Assembly: GCA_013239625.1 (NCBI GenBank)
Contig: MU054120.1
Span: 558,001-622,000, forward strand
Origin: Lama guanicoe
Taxonomy: Eukaryota
Length of the DNA stretch: 64,000 nucleotides
Direction: 5' to 3'
This document shows, one piece after another, positions 37,807 through 50,429 of this stretch; positions within the stretch are counted from its first letter, which is position 1; each line of letters begins with the position of its first letter. The position numbers were made by a program, and so were the translations under genes. Below the pieces are notes generated by a model. That model did no database searches, had not been told where the DNA came from, and was given only the letters and a program-made list of their open reading frames with translations.

Positions 37807-39729
37807 CTTTTGCAGGAGTTTGTTATAATTAAATGATTTACAAAGAAACCATTACAAGAGTGAGAACAGACTGGACTATTCCAGGCAAAAAATCTAGGAT
37901 TCCTGATTCTTTGCTCTGTAATCTTTCCACTCCCTGACACTGCCTCAGGAAATGTACTGACAGCTCCCTGAGATGACATTCAGTCTTCCTCCACTGCAGA
38001 GTCCCACCCTCTCCAAAGAGCTTCCTAAAACCTCTGCTACCAGTGTATCCACCATCCTCAGCTCTCAGACAAAACCAACACCCCATGTACTTCTTAAAAA
38101 AAAAAATTCTGATGATAAATATGCATCGCAGTTTGGACTTCACATTTAGCCAGGTGAGGATTAAAGAAGTCTTCATCTTAGCAAAAAGTGAGACAACATT
38201 TTCCCTGCTTCCTTCACAAGAACTGAATCTGAAATGATTTCCAAAAAGGTAGAAATTGCTTAAAATGAAATCCCACTTATTTGCAAGTAAATGAAAAATG
38301 TTTGTGTTTATTTGCACATTTATTATTTTTGTCCCAGAAAGAAAACAAGGTAACTTACCTTGTATGTAAATAAGATAAGAGAGCACAGATTAATTTTAGA
38401 AGCAAAATAATAGAGTTGTAAAATTGGCCAGAGAATAAAGGACTCAGTATCTTTGCTACGCCTGTACCGCAAAGTTGGTCAAAGTTTTTCTTTGGAGAGA
38501 TGGTTATCAAGACCTTATTTTCCCCCTGGTCTGACCTCCTGCAGTTTTGTGATAAATCACCAAAGAAAATTTCAGTTTAGGGGCCAGACAGTAAAACTTA
38601 CCATGGGAAAATGCCTTTCGCTAGGTAACTAAAAACATTCCTCTTCTACATGAGTTTTATGTAGTATAGTTACTGAGGCTGGTTACGATCCCAGAGTCGG
38701 AGAGGGTTAAAATGTTCAGGCTAAGCCGCAACTCTGGACTGTATACAAAACTTTTACTCAAGCACCAGCAGAATAAAAAATACAGTAAGAAAAACATACA
38801 GACATAATTAGGTCACCAGTGTGCTGACAGCTGGTTTCTCTAAGTACGTCTCTTAAGTCCTCCAGCCACTCCGATGTCGCAAGAGGGTGAGCGTGGTGAA
38901 CTGCTCAGTCCTAAAGGGAGGTGGGCAGACTGCTGCGCTTAACATCTGACTTGAATGCTCCTTCCAGTGGCATTTTCTTGCCACTTGTTTTTCATAAACC
39001 ATTGAATTTATAAGCAACCTAGAGCTTGCAAGTAGATGTTCGGCGCTTATGGTCCACTGCACTTCATCACTACGCCCTTCCCTGTAGGGTCCTGCTTATG
39101 TGAAATTTGGGAGGTAGAAGAGAAAGAGACTCCATTATTATCCTCTGGAAGCAACTGCAGGTGGACACCTGGGCAGAAGACAAGGTTTTGAGAATCATCT
39201 ATTTTGGGAGCTGCTGAGACTGGAAGCAGCAAAGATGACTGAGATTGACCAAGGCTTCCGGCTGAGCTCTTGCACGTCACCCACTTCTAACAGCCCTGCT
39301 GCCCCAAGCCCGCTGGTAGCTCGCTATCCAAGCCACTGAGTCTCCGTATGGAAATCCTTCTTGTTTGGAATACCTGGCATGGCTTCTGCTTTCCCGGCCA
39401 ATCTCTGACACTCCAACAGGTACGCTTACCGAAATAGATTCCTGACCGCTGTGCTGCCGATGAGAACACGAGAAAGCTAGAGCTGTTACATCGTTCTCAG
39501 TGCCCGGAAAATAAAAGAAAGCCACTTGCTCAGGAGACACACGGCTATTTTTAGTGTAAGACAGCCTTCCCCTCCACAACATCCTTCCAATAAACAGAAG
39601 TTCCAGGTGCTGCTTTTCTAAACATCCTTCAACAGAGGCTCGGGTTTGCGGGACGGCGCTGTGGGAGGAGAGAGGCAATACGGTGCTACAGTGGCACTCA
39701 GCTCCCCGCTGATACAGCTTGTTTTACGA

Positions 39730-39856
39730 ATATATTTTATACCTTGTAATTACTTTTAATGAAAAAGAATGTATGTATGTCTATGCATGACTGGGACATT
39801 GTGCTGTACACCAGAAACTGACACACTATAACTGACCATACTTCAATTAGAAAATT
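39730..39856 (+). mobile_element. Short L1 3' tail
   Basis: aatgaaaaagaatgtatgtatgtctatgcatgactgggacattgtgctgtacaccagaaactgacac…acttcaatta. Confidence 0.85.
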
Positions 39857-40547
39857 AAGAAGACTACATTTTAGAATACTGAACTGAATGGATAGTCTGT
39901 TCTGCAAGAGCTCCTTAGCTCAGACTTGGTAAATCTCTGGTGGAAGAGAGATCCAGTACAGTGGCGAACACAGGAATCCACCTGTTTGGAGTTACCAGTT
40001 CAATACAGGCTCACAGGCTTGAAGGACACCCAGCCTGGATCGAGCACTACCTGACCCTGAGGAAAGCGAAGGAGACCAGCAAGACTGAGTTCCCGATTAA
40101 AGCTTCTCCCCCTTTCCTGGGAAGGTACAAAAGTAGGGCCCGCATGTAAAATACAGACTTTTCCTAGAAAATTGGCTTACATCCTCTCTAGCACAAGGAC
40201 ATGTGGGCAATCAGGGCCTATTGACAACATTCCTTTAAATGAAAGTTCTAATGAATTTACTTATGTAGATTTTCTTTGAAAACTGTGAGTACTTTTAAGA
40301 AGCATGGTTCATATTCCAGTATTTTATATCAAAAAGGCTTTAATTATCACCAAAATTCTACGAGGAAGCACTCTTTGTGATTGCCTCTATAAATCACATA
40401 AGAAACCTATCTAGAAATTGAATGCTATTGACCAGAAATCTTCCTTCACGTAGACACGTCCTCATTTGTGGGAATTTAAACTGTCCCTATTTAGAGCTTC
40501 TAAAGACAAAAGGATCATGCTTGCATTGTTTAAACTAACAGTATAAT

Positions 40548-41170
40548 TTATCCAATCATCCAAAATAAATTTATTGGATCCCTACTGTGTGTCAGACATT
40601 GTGTTTGGGTGCAGGGACACAGCAATTAACAAAACAGACAAAAACATCTGCCTTTATATTCTGGTGGGAGAGCCAGAAAAAAAGTCCAAATAACTAAAAT
40701 AAGTTGTATGTTAGGGGACAGTTGGTGGGAATGAAAAATCTGGAGGAAAATGGAATGGGAAAGGCAATGGGAGTTGCAATTTTAAATAGAATTTTTAGGG
40801 AGAGGCTCCCTGATATCATGAGATTTGAAGGAGGTGAGGTCATGAGCCTTGTAGATATCTGGGGAGAAACACACCACCCAGGGGAAGCAGCCAGTGCAAA
40901 GGCTGGGCACCAGGAATCTGCATGCATGATCGACAGCCAGCAAGATCAGTGCACACAGTGCGGTGTGTGAAGGGGAAAGCAGGAAGAGATGTGATCCGGG
41001 AAGCAGTAAGAAGCCAGGGGATGGTGGGGCTTGTAGGCAATTATAAGGATATTGGAATTTTTTCTGATTAACTTGGATAGCCGCTGGAGAGCTGATTGCA
41101 GCCAAATGATATGATCTGATTCACATTTTAACTAGATCACTCTGACTGCTGGGTTGAGAAATGGGAAGCA
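40548..41170 (-). mobile_element. L2 (L2a-like) 3' region
   Basis: aaatttattggatccctactgtgtgtcagacattgtg…gggacacagcaattaacaaaacagacaaaaa…gatcactctgactgctgggttgagaa. Confidence 0.85.
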
Positions 41171-41672
41171 ATTATTTCCAGGTGCATCACTTCACATTTG
41201 TCTCACTGCAATTCTCTTCTCACTTTCTCTTCCTGGCACTCATCTATTTGAAACCCACGAATGCATTATGTCTCTTTGAAGATGTGCTCTATCATGTAGT
41301 TTGAGATTATTCCACTTTGTACTCCTTCCTCTGGATTTATTATCAAGTGTTAAATAAGATTGGACTTAGCACCCAGAAGCTTCCACAATTATCACTTTTA
41401 CATCCCAGTGCAATAAATAAACATATCCACGTGTTAAGCATTTATGTTGGGATTTTCGGTGATAAATGAGGCTATTCAATCATATATACATGCACGTGTC
41501 CAATATCATTGCAAATCCACAAACACAATGGACAGAGGAGAAAAGATCAAATAGAAGTATCCCAAATGTCCAAAAGATTATTATCTTCTTTTTTCAACTT
41601 TCAGTGTATTTTCATCCATGGGAAGAAATAAAAATTATTACAGGGCTCCAGAAGTCACCTTCTACGAATACA

Positions 41673-42070
41673 TTGTTACATGTTGAGTTCTTGGAAAGCA
41701 GACACTGAGGTCTGGGGTGAAAGATGCTTATGGGGGATCAACACATGTGAAAAGACGGTGGGGGATGGAAAAGCAAGACTGGGAAGAGGATGAAGACAAA
41801 CTGCAGTGCAGGGCTGACAATCTCAGCCAGCCCCACGGGAAGTTCAGACATAAAAGCTGCCCATCAGAGACAGCCTGCGGCAGACCGAAATGGCATGGCC
41901 TTGACGTCCCCACCTCAGTCAGTTGCTAGCTGACAGCATGGCCTCAGGCGAGGCAGTTTTCCAGAGTGAGGTGTGCCCTGAGCAGCTGACCGCTAGTGTC
42001 CTTGTGACCAAACCCCCTGTGCCCAGGAGTCCCTTCTTCTGAAGGGTGGCATATTTCTGTGTTCCCCATA
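41673..42070 (-). mobile_element. ERVL LTR (LTR16/LTR33-like)
   Basis: gttcttggaaagcagacactgag…aagcaagactgggaagagg…ctcagccagccccacgggaag…ggcgaggcag; subfamily from recall only. Confidence 0.65.
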
Positions 42071-42599
42071 CATACATGCCTTGTGACAAAACATGTCACA
42101 CACACGCCCTGTGACAGAGTGTTGTCTCTCTAGCCTCTACTTTGCATCCATTCTCCAAGGAGAAAAATAATTGAAACTTAGCAAAGAGTTCTCTGCAACC
42201 AAAGTCAACAGAGGAAGAAAAGGACTCCAATCTCTGAGGCATCTCTAGGCAGGGAGCAGGGGAGAGTAGGGATCGTTGCCACGTCGCAGTGACTCCTGAT
42301 GGGTGCAGCAGAGGTCTGAGGGACCAAGGCAATGGGAACAGGTTGCTGTTGGAGGCAGAAGAGGTGAGGGGTCTGACCCTGCTTTATCCATCTCTTTTCC
42401 TTCCATAATGGCTTCTGTCCCCACAAATCCACTGTTACAGATGTGGCCAAAGACAGTCTGCGTGTTGACAGACCTGAAGCACACCTGTAGAGCTCAGCTG
42501 TGCTAGGTCTCTCCTTAGTATGCGACACATCTCACTGCATGCCGTTTTCTTATTTACATGTCGCCACACTCTCCTTGTTTGCTGTCTTCTCTTTGTTCC

Positions 42600-43606
42600 T
42601 TCTTAGCTTGCTCCGTTAGTTTCTCATTCTCCTGCTAAGACCCAAACCTGTGAAGTTTCAGAGCTGCCTCCTGCATCCCTTTGTGTGTCCCTGTGTTAAA
42701 TGCCACACGGTGCTGTGACTCTGCACCGAGTGTCACAGTGCTCTGTGAGACGACGCCCGCGTTTGCATCTCCAGTCAATCTCTTACTTGAGTTCCCAGCT
42801 TATATATCAAATTTGTCTTTGAAATTTCTACACCGGTGACCCGAAAGCATCACATACTTAAAAGTACAGAACTGAACATTAAGTTGTTAATTCCCCCTCC
42901 AATACACAATAGCTCTTCTCCAATCTTCCCCAATATTCTTACAGCCAGAACATCCAGTGTTTTAAGCCTGAAATTAATACTCATATACTTAGTACACCAA
43001 GTATGTTTCATTTGGATTCCAAAGTGTGTACTTCTTTTCTCTAAGGTCACTTCCATGACTCTAGTACATGTCAACCAACAGATCTTATCCAGACCCCTTC
43101 TATAACCTTCTTACTCTCTTCCTGCAAAAATCCATCCTCCAAAGAGTAGCCAGAGTAATATTTAAAAGATGTAAACAGGATCATATGAAAAACCTTCTAA
43201 TAAGATGTAGAAAAATCCAAACTCCTTACCGCAGTCTGTGAGTACTTGCACCTTCTGGGTCTAGTTCCTCGTTCTTTCCTGGATTCACGCTGCCCTGGAC
43301 ACACGGACATTCTTTCTCCATCTCTAATGCGCTGAGCTCTTACCCACTCTTCGCCTTCTGCATGTGCTGTTTCCTCTTCTGGACTGCTCCTTCTCACTCC
43401 ATGTGTTTATATCAAATGTTGTAGAGCACTTATCACAAGCACAGATTTTACATCCGTTAGTATGTTTCATCGTCTAACAGCCGTCTCCTCTGTCAGAGCA
43501 GGAGCTCCGTGAGGGCAAGGGCGGCATCGCTTCTGTTCACCTCCATCCCCAGCAGTCAGCACAATACCTGGAAGTGCCCAGTAAGGATTTGTTAGATGAA
43601 TTAATA
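42600..43606 (+). mobile_element. L2 LINE 3' region
   Basis: catctccagtc…cttatatatcaa; tgcatgtgctgtttcctcttctgg; agctccgtgagggcaaggg…cagcacaatacctgg…gatttgttagatgaattaat (L2 tail). Confidence 0.8.
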
Positions 43607-44699
43607 CAGTCTTTAATCAATACAAACATTAAGAAATGACATTTTTAAACTTTCATTTTAGGAAGATAAAACGCCTTGCAATTTGTTCAGACGTTGTAAA
43701 TAGTGAACATGAGACACAAGGGCTGGAGGACATCCTCTGCGGTCCGGGACAAGCCTCCCTCAGGTCTCATCCAGGTGACTCCCAGAGCTCCCCCACGCAT
43801 CCCCTCGCTTCCCCCTTGTCCCTGCGGAAAGTTACTCTCCAGAGAGCAGCCACATCCGGCCGAGTCTTCTGTCATGTTTCAAAGGAAAGAGGAAGAGGCA
43901 GCACAGAAATACAGCGCAGCTCAAGGCGAAGCCTCCGAAGCCTACGTGCGACTGTTTAGTTCTTTCCCTCCGAGCCCCTCGAACGTCTCAGTTACTGGAG
44001 GAAAATGGCTGTGGACAGACCTTCTAAAGAGGGCATCGACGGCTTCCTAGAAAATCAGGAAAAGCCGATACTGAGACAGCCGTGGGAGGCAGCAGAGAGA
44101 CAGTCTCCAGAGGGAATTCATCAGCATGTTATCAGCATCTAAGAGACACAGACAAGCTCAGCTGACTTTAATCAAGGTCTCCCCAGGCTCGCCAGACGGT
44201 GAGCCTTCCTAGCATTCTTAGTGCCATAGATAAGCAATTTGCCGGCCAGGGTAAGTGTGAAAGACACTTTGGCCCCAGAGTAGCTACATAATCCTTAGAA
44301 GTAATTAATAACAGATTATAACCTGTTATCTGCATTCATAGCAAAACACCTTGTTATCACAGCAATGGCCTAGATTTGTGTTAAACTGACACCTACTGAA
44401 CAAGTATCTTAATAAAATCAAACACTGAAACTCGGAGAAACAAGCTTGTGTTTTAATGGGATCATATTTCCTATGATGATGATATTTAAATGCAATATTC
44501 CTCAACACATCTGATAAATTCTCATGCTCCATAATTGGTAAAATGATAAGAAAGTAGACTTTCTTTGAAAAGGAACTCAGACCTTTTAAAAATCCAAAGT
44601 CATGTAGGCCATAGCAGTATTAGGCAAAGAACAAGAAAGTTTAATGAGAAGCTGGAGTTTTAAATTTATGTTGGATGCCAAGCTTGCAAAACCTTTCAA

Positions 44700-44880
44700 G
44701 AACTTTAAATCCATGGCCCCTTACAGCAACCCTGTAAGGGAGTTCAGTGCTTATTCACATCGTAATTTTACAGCTGAAGAAAATGGAGATACAGAGAGCA
44801 TAAGTGAGCTGTGTGCGGTCTCTTGGGAAGTGAATGGGGAGGTGCTGGGGGCATTAGAGCCCAAAGCCCTTCTCCTTTTC
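44700..44880 (-). mobile_element. MIR SINE
   Basis: ccttacagcaaccctgtaagg…attttacagctgaagaaaatggagatacagagagcataagtga. Confidence 0.7.
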
Positions 44881-45189
44881 AGGCTAGCAAGTGGCACTGG
44901 CTCCGTGGGGTTCCCTTCTTGAGCAATGCAAGTATCTATGGATATTTAAAATAAACAAGAACTTTTGTGAAACTGGTTCTCTTAATGCAAAAAGTTCTTC
45001 AAAAAGGATGATCTTCCAGATGGGTATAATGGAAGTCACAGTGAATTTTGACAAGAAAATGTCTCTTTAGTTCCATAATCCTTCACTTACTAAATAACTG
45101 TCCCTAGGTAGAATATTCTCCATGACTCAGTTTCCTTACTTTAAACATGGACACATTGTAAATCAACAATATTTCAATTAAAAACTTGA

Positions 45190-46519
45190 CACAGGCAGAT
45201 TGGATAATAAAACAAAAGCCTGCCATATGCTACCTGCAGGACACCCACTTCAGAGTGAAGGACACACAGATTGAAAGTGAGAGGATGGAGAAAAGATATT
45301 TCATGCAGATGGAAATGACAAGAAAGTGGGAGTAGCAATACTCACGTCAGACAAAACAGACTTTAAAACAAAGGCTGTAAAGAGAGACAAAGAAGGACAC
45401 TATGTAATGATCAAAGGAGCAAAACGAGATGAGGCTACTATACTTGTTAACATATGTGCACCTAATACAGAAGCACCTTACTATGTAAAATAAATACTAC
45501 CAGCCATCAAGGGAGAAACTGATGGGAATACAATAACAGTAGGAGACCTTAACACCCCACTAACATCATCAAGCAGGTCTTCCAGACAGAAAATCTGTAA
45601 GGCAATTGAGATACTAAAGGACACAATAGAACAGTTGGACTTGGTTGATATTTTTAGGACATTACATGCCCAGAAAACAGAATATACATGCTTTTCAAGT
45701 GCCCATGGAACATTCTCTAGGTTATATCCACATACTCAGGCACAAAAGAAGCCTCAATATATTTAAGAAGATAGAAATTATTTCAAGCATCTTCTCTGAC
45801 CACAATGGCATGAAACTAGAAATCAACCACAGAAAAACAAATGAGAAAAAAATGACAGCATGCAGACTAAACATGCTGCTAGAAAAACCAATGGGTTAAT
45901 GATGAAATCAAAGAAATTAAAAAATACCTTGAGATAAATGACAATGAAAACACAACCACAATATGTGGGATGTAGCAAAAGCAGTCCTAAGAGGGAAATT
46001 CATAGCAATACAGGCCTTCCTCAGAAAACAGGAGCAATCTCAGACAAGCAACCTAACCTGCCACTTAAAAGAATTAGAAAAAGAAGAACAAATAAAACCT
46101 AAAGTCAGCAGAAGGAAAGAAATAACAAAGATCAGGGGGGAAATACATAAATGAACTAATATATATAAAATAGATACACAACAAGTTCATACTGTATAGC
46201 ACAGGGAACTCTATTCAATGCCTTGTAGTAAATTATGGTGAAAAAGAATATGAACATGAATATATGTATGTTCATGTATGACTGAAGCATTATGCTGTAC
46301 ACTAGAAACTGACACATTGTAAACTGACTATACTTCAATAAAAATATATCAAGTTCATACTATGTAGTAAGGGAACTCTATTCAATATCTTGTAGTAACT
46401 TATGGTGAAAAGAATATGAAAACAAATACATACATATATATAGCATTATGCTGTACACCAGAAATTGACATATTGTAAACTGACTATACTTCAATAAATA
46501 TATATATACAGAAAAAAAA
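45190..46519 (+). mobile_element. Internally deleted L1: endonuclease-domain segment fused to a duplicated 3' UTR, inserted in a MIR
   Basis: ORF2 EN motifs (DWI…, [58 protein letters not shown]) run to about 46152, then 3' UTR copies at 46153-46349 and 46350-46519; MIR halves at about 45070-45150 and 46530-46600. Confidence 0.9.
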
Positions 46520-47388
46520 CATAACTTGATTCAGTAACAGAAGGTTCTCTCACAGGGTTGTGGGAAAACGAAGAAGTGATTCACTGAAAGGTCAACAAAT
46601 AACTCCTGGAGTGTCTATCACATGGCACGCACTCCAGATACCAAGACTCAGTCACCCAGTCTCCATCCCGGAATGTTGCATTACTGAAAAGTTTAAGGTT
46701 GTTCATTTTATATGCCGACAACGAAGTGTCTTGTGGAAATGTGACAATCTAAATTGTCTCATCCTGGGCATGCATTTCCTCAGGAAGCCAACCTTTAATT
46801 CTAAACTAGGGATTAAGACAAGTGCCCCTTAAGGGGAGCGTGCAAGGCAGCTGTGAGGGAATTCGACGTTTGTTCAGCAGTTTATTTCCAGAGAGAAAGA
46901 GACAATGTAAATGACAGCAAGCAAGCAGCTCCCAATAGAACATTCCAGAAAAACACACACTGGTGAGTATAAACTCTGTAAATAACAAGTCACGTTAGAC
47001 ATTTACCATCTAGATTGCTATGAATTAATGCACCAAATCTTCATTCTAATTAATGTGTGACTGATAGATCTTAAAACATCCACTCACTCTTTTTAAGGAA
47101 AAACAAAAAATCAAAATCCACATAGAAAAGATAAAAGCATACCAGAATATGCCTTCAAGACTCCTTTCTTTTATAATTAATTTTCAGTGAGTAACTTTTT
47201 AATTAAATAAGGCTGGTTATGTCTCTTTCTGCAAGACACATTTTTGAATTTTCAAAGCAGTCTGATTTATTTTGTAAGTAAAATGTCTGAATTCACAGAT
47301 TTTAGTTTAGCATCTGATTTATTTCATGATGCTCTTTATAACTAAATAATGTCAAATGAATTTAAAATACTTTTTCAAAAAGTACTTT

Positions 47389-47893
47389 TGTATTAGTTAT
47401 CAGTTGCATAGCCATGTATCCCCAAACCTAATGGTTGGAAACCAGAAGCATGCACTAGTTCACAGTTACAACGGTTCAGGGGTTCAAAAGCAGATTAGCA
47501 GGGTGGTGTTCCATTACATTGCAGTCAAGATGTCGACAGGGGCTTCAGTCATCCAGAGGATTAATTAAGGCCACTGAAACTGTTTGCAAGGTGATTTATT
47601 CACATGGCTATTGGCACGATGTCTCAGTTGTCACTGAGCCGCTCCATAGCCTGCCTAAATGTCCTCAAAACATGTCACCTGGTTTCTCCCTGAGTGATCC
47701 AAGAGAAAAGGCTAAGGCCACACTGGCTTTTCTGATCTGGTCTGACAAGTCTCACGTGTTCACTTCCTCTTCGGGTACCAATTCATAAGAAGTGAATCAC
47801 CAGATCCAGCCCACCCTCTGGAGGATGTGATAAGGCTCCGCCTCTTGAAAGGAAGAGTATCAGAGAACTGGTGGACATATTTTAAACTATCAT
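47389..47893 (-). mobile_element. MLT1-type (MaLR, MLT1E/F-like) LTR
   Basis: tgtattagttatc…ttgcagtcaagatgtcgacagggg…cacatggctattggc…gtcctcaaaacatg…ctcttgaaaggaagagtatcagagaactggtggacatattttaaactatca. Confidence 0.8.
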
Positions 47894-47994
47894 AGTTATT
47901 TATTTTAGAAACAGTTTCTACTATTTGGCTGTTATAAGGAGACTAGCATATGCTGGTAACATCTAATTCTGTATCAATTACCCATGAGGTAGTG

Positions 47995-48260
47995 GGACCA
48001 ACCAGTGTAGTGACTCAGAGCCCGGATTCGGGGGCCAGGTTGCCCAGGGCAAAGTCTTGGCTCTAATACATGCCGGCTGTGTGATCAAGGGTAAATTACT
48101 TCACTGACATGTGCCTCAGTGTTTCCCCTTCAAACAGAAACTAATTACAGTTCTCACATTTTAGGCTTTTTGTGGGGACTAAATGAATAGATGTGAATGA
48201 AATGCTTAGATTATTGCTTGCCGCATTATAAACATTCAGTAAGCTTCAGTGACTATCATC
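47995..48260 (+). mobile_element. MIR SINE (near full length)
   Basis: cagtgtagtg…gctgtgtgatcaagggtaaattactt…tgtgcctcagt…ggactaaatga…aaatgcttaga. Confidence 0.8.
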
Positions 48261-49427
48261 AGTTAGTGTTAATTGTAATCGTTCAGCTGGATACTAATAA
48301 CTTCATTTCCGTAGTCAGAAATACATTTTTCTTCCTTGGTCAACAATAGAAGACTTTGAGCCGAATCACTAGACAACAAACATATTATACCTAAAATAGC
48401 ACAACTGGTTACTCAGTCAAACAAAAATTCACTTTAGAATATTTCATCACTTACATTTTCAGTGAAGGATTTACCTCCTCATCTCCAATCTGGGAGTGAT
48501 TTTCTTTGGCTGCTATTTTGATTCCTATAAAGAGTTTTATTTTTACTTTTCTAAGATAAGGATGTTTGCTCGTCTCAAATAGTTGAAGCAAATGAAAACA
48601 ATGCTGCCTGAAATGAGTTTGGTCAATGTGCTTTTCTCTTTCCAAAAGCTGGTGTCTCAGCTCTACCTAAATGTACTTGGTTTTCATTCTCTTGACAAGC
48701 CTTTCCCTTACTCTGCTGTGTTTCTTTACAGCTTGATTGCAGTGTGTCAAAGCTGCTGGGCTCTAATCATGAACCTCTTTTCAAAGATTCAGTTGCTTCC
48801 CAGTAGCTGCATACTTACATCCATCCTCTGACTGTTACTGTCAGCATCCTGCTGCCTCCTCACGTGAGCGCTCCCAAGCCTCAGCAGCTTAATGAGCACT
48901 TTGAGCTGTGAATACTATTTTCCCTGTGAGGCTGGAGCCAGAAGTCCCTCCAAATCTCTTCCCCCGACCCCAACCCTTCTATTAGAGAGAGAAGGAGAAA
49001 GCTTCCTTGCTTCCTACCCCACCATTCTTTCTCCTGGCAGACCGAAAAAATTCCCTCCGCACTTCTAAGCTCGGCATTACCAGTTCTGCAATCTCAAAGT
49101 CTCTCCCTCCTATTCAAAACCAAATGTGATTTTTCTAGAAGCAACTTGTGACGGCAGATCTGTCATGTACCAAGATGATCAGACTGGGGAAGCCCCTCCA
49201 GGACTGGAGAATAGAAGACCACGCTGTGTACAAATCAACTGTTCACCTGCAAAATTCTGTCTTCCGCTCTCCTTTCACTTCTGACAGTACCTGTATTTTT
49301 CCCCCCTGATAAGTCAAAGGAGAGTATTAAATCATATTTTTACCCTAAAGTATGCAGAGTTTTGGGTATTGTTAGGTATGCACTCCTCAGTAATTTGAGT
49401 TCTCCTTTCTGTTTCCACCCCACTGTG

Positions 49428-49514
49428 ATATATATATTATATATTATATTTATATATCATATATTACATATTATATATACTTCTGTCTTTTAAGACACAC
49501 ACACACACACACAC
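49428..49514. repeat. AT-rich low-complexity tract and (AC)n microsatellite
   Basis: atatatatattatatattatatttatatatc… and acacacacacacacacacac. Confidence 0.85.
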
Positions 49515-49649
49515 TTTTTCCCAAGGTGGAATCACAAATACAGAATATTCTTTAATTTGATACTTTCTAAAATTAATATGTGATATTGCATATATCCAAT
49601 CACTACCAACAGTGAACGTGAGATTTGTAATTGAATTATCTGGATAGAC

Positions 49650-49835
49650 ATACTGTCTACTTCACTCAGTGCTATATTAAATTGAGCAAATTACTTAGCT
49701 TTTGAATCCTTGCCTATCTGCAAAATAAAGATAGTGTCTACTTCGTAAGGTTGTGGTGAAAATTAGATATGATACAGTACGCAGCTGGCACATCGCCTAG
49801 CAATTAGAAAGCAATCAGTGTATTTCAGCTATTGA
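49650..49835 (+). mobile_element. MIR SINE
   Basis: ttgagcaaattacttagct…ctatctgcaaaataaagatagtgtctacttcgtaaggttgtggtgaaaattagat. Confidence 0.7.
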
Positions 49836-50429
49836 TATAATTTTAATTATTATTGTATATCACTATTATTAAGCAAATTTACTTCATTTATTAAAATGGC
49901 AAAAACCACTATTCTATTGTATGGGTTGATGAAACTTAATATGTCCAACAATTCCCTGTTAATGGCTCTTTAGATGGGTCTCTAAATTTTTTTATATTAT
50001 AAAATACGATGATGGACATTCTGACATGGACATCTCTGCATCTTCCCAGCAATTTTTCTGTTTGTAATATTCCCCAAATTCTCAGTAACCATGGAGAGAG
50101 TGACTGCATAGAGAGTAAGACTTTTTCCCCACTATAAAATGGCCTTTATTCCGATTCAGCTAGAGGATACAGCTGGAGGCCTCACCTCACCAGAGAGCTC
50201 AGGTGACAACCTTCCAAACAGCGGAGCACAGCCAGTGGCCTCCTCGACGGGGAGGCCCCGCCTAAGCCCCCACTCAACTTCGGGGCGCGGCCTAAGGCCC
50301 CAGGTGACTGCAAAGCCTGGCCTGGGGCTCTTTTATCATTTACATTTCCCTGATCTTTTATTCTGCAATGTCTAATTTCGTCTCAAGTCTGTCTGTCTGC
50401 TTATCTATCTAGCTAATCTATCTTTTTAA

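Noticed and set aside
37838..38386. Longest ORF in the window (182 aa, minus strand)
   Set aside because: Non-ATG start, AT-rich biased composition, no recognisable domain, and it runs up to an LTR; consistent with chance.
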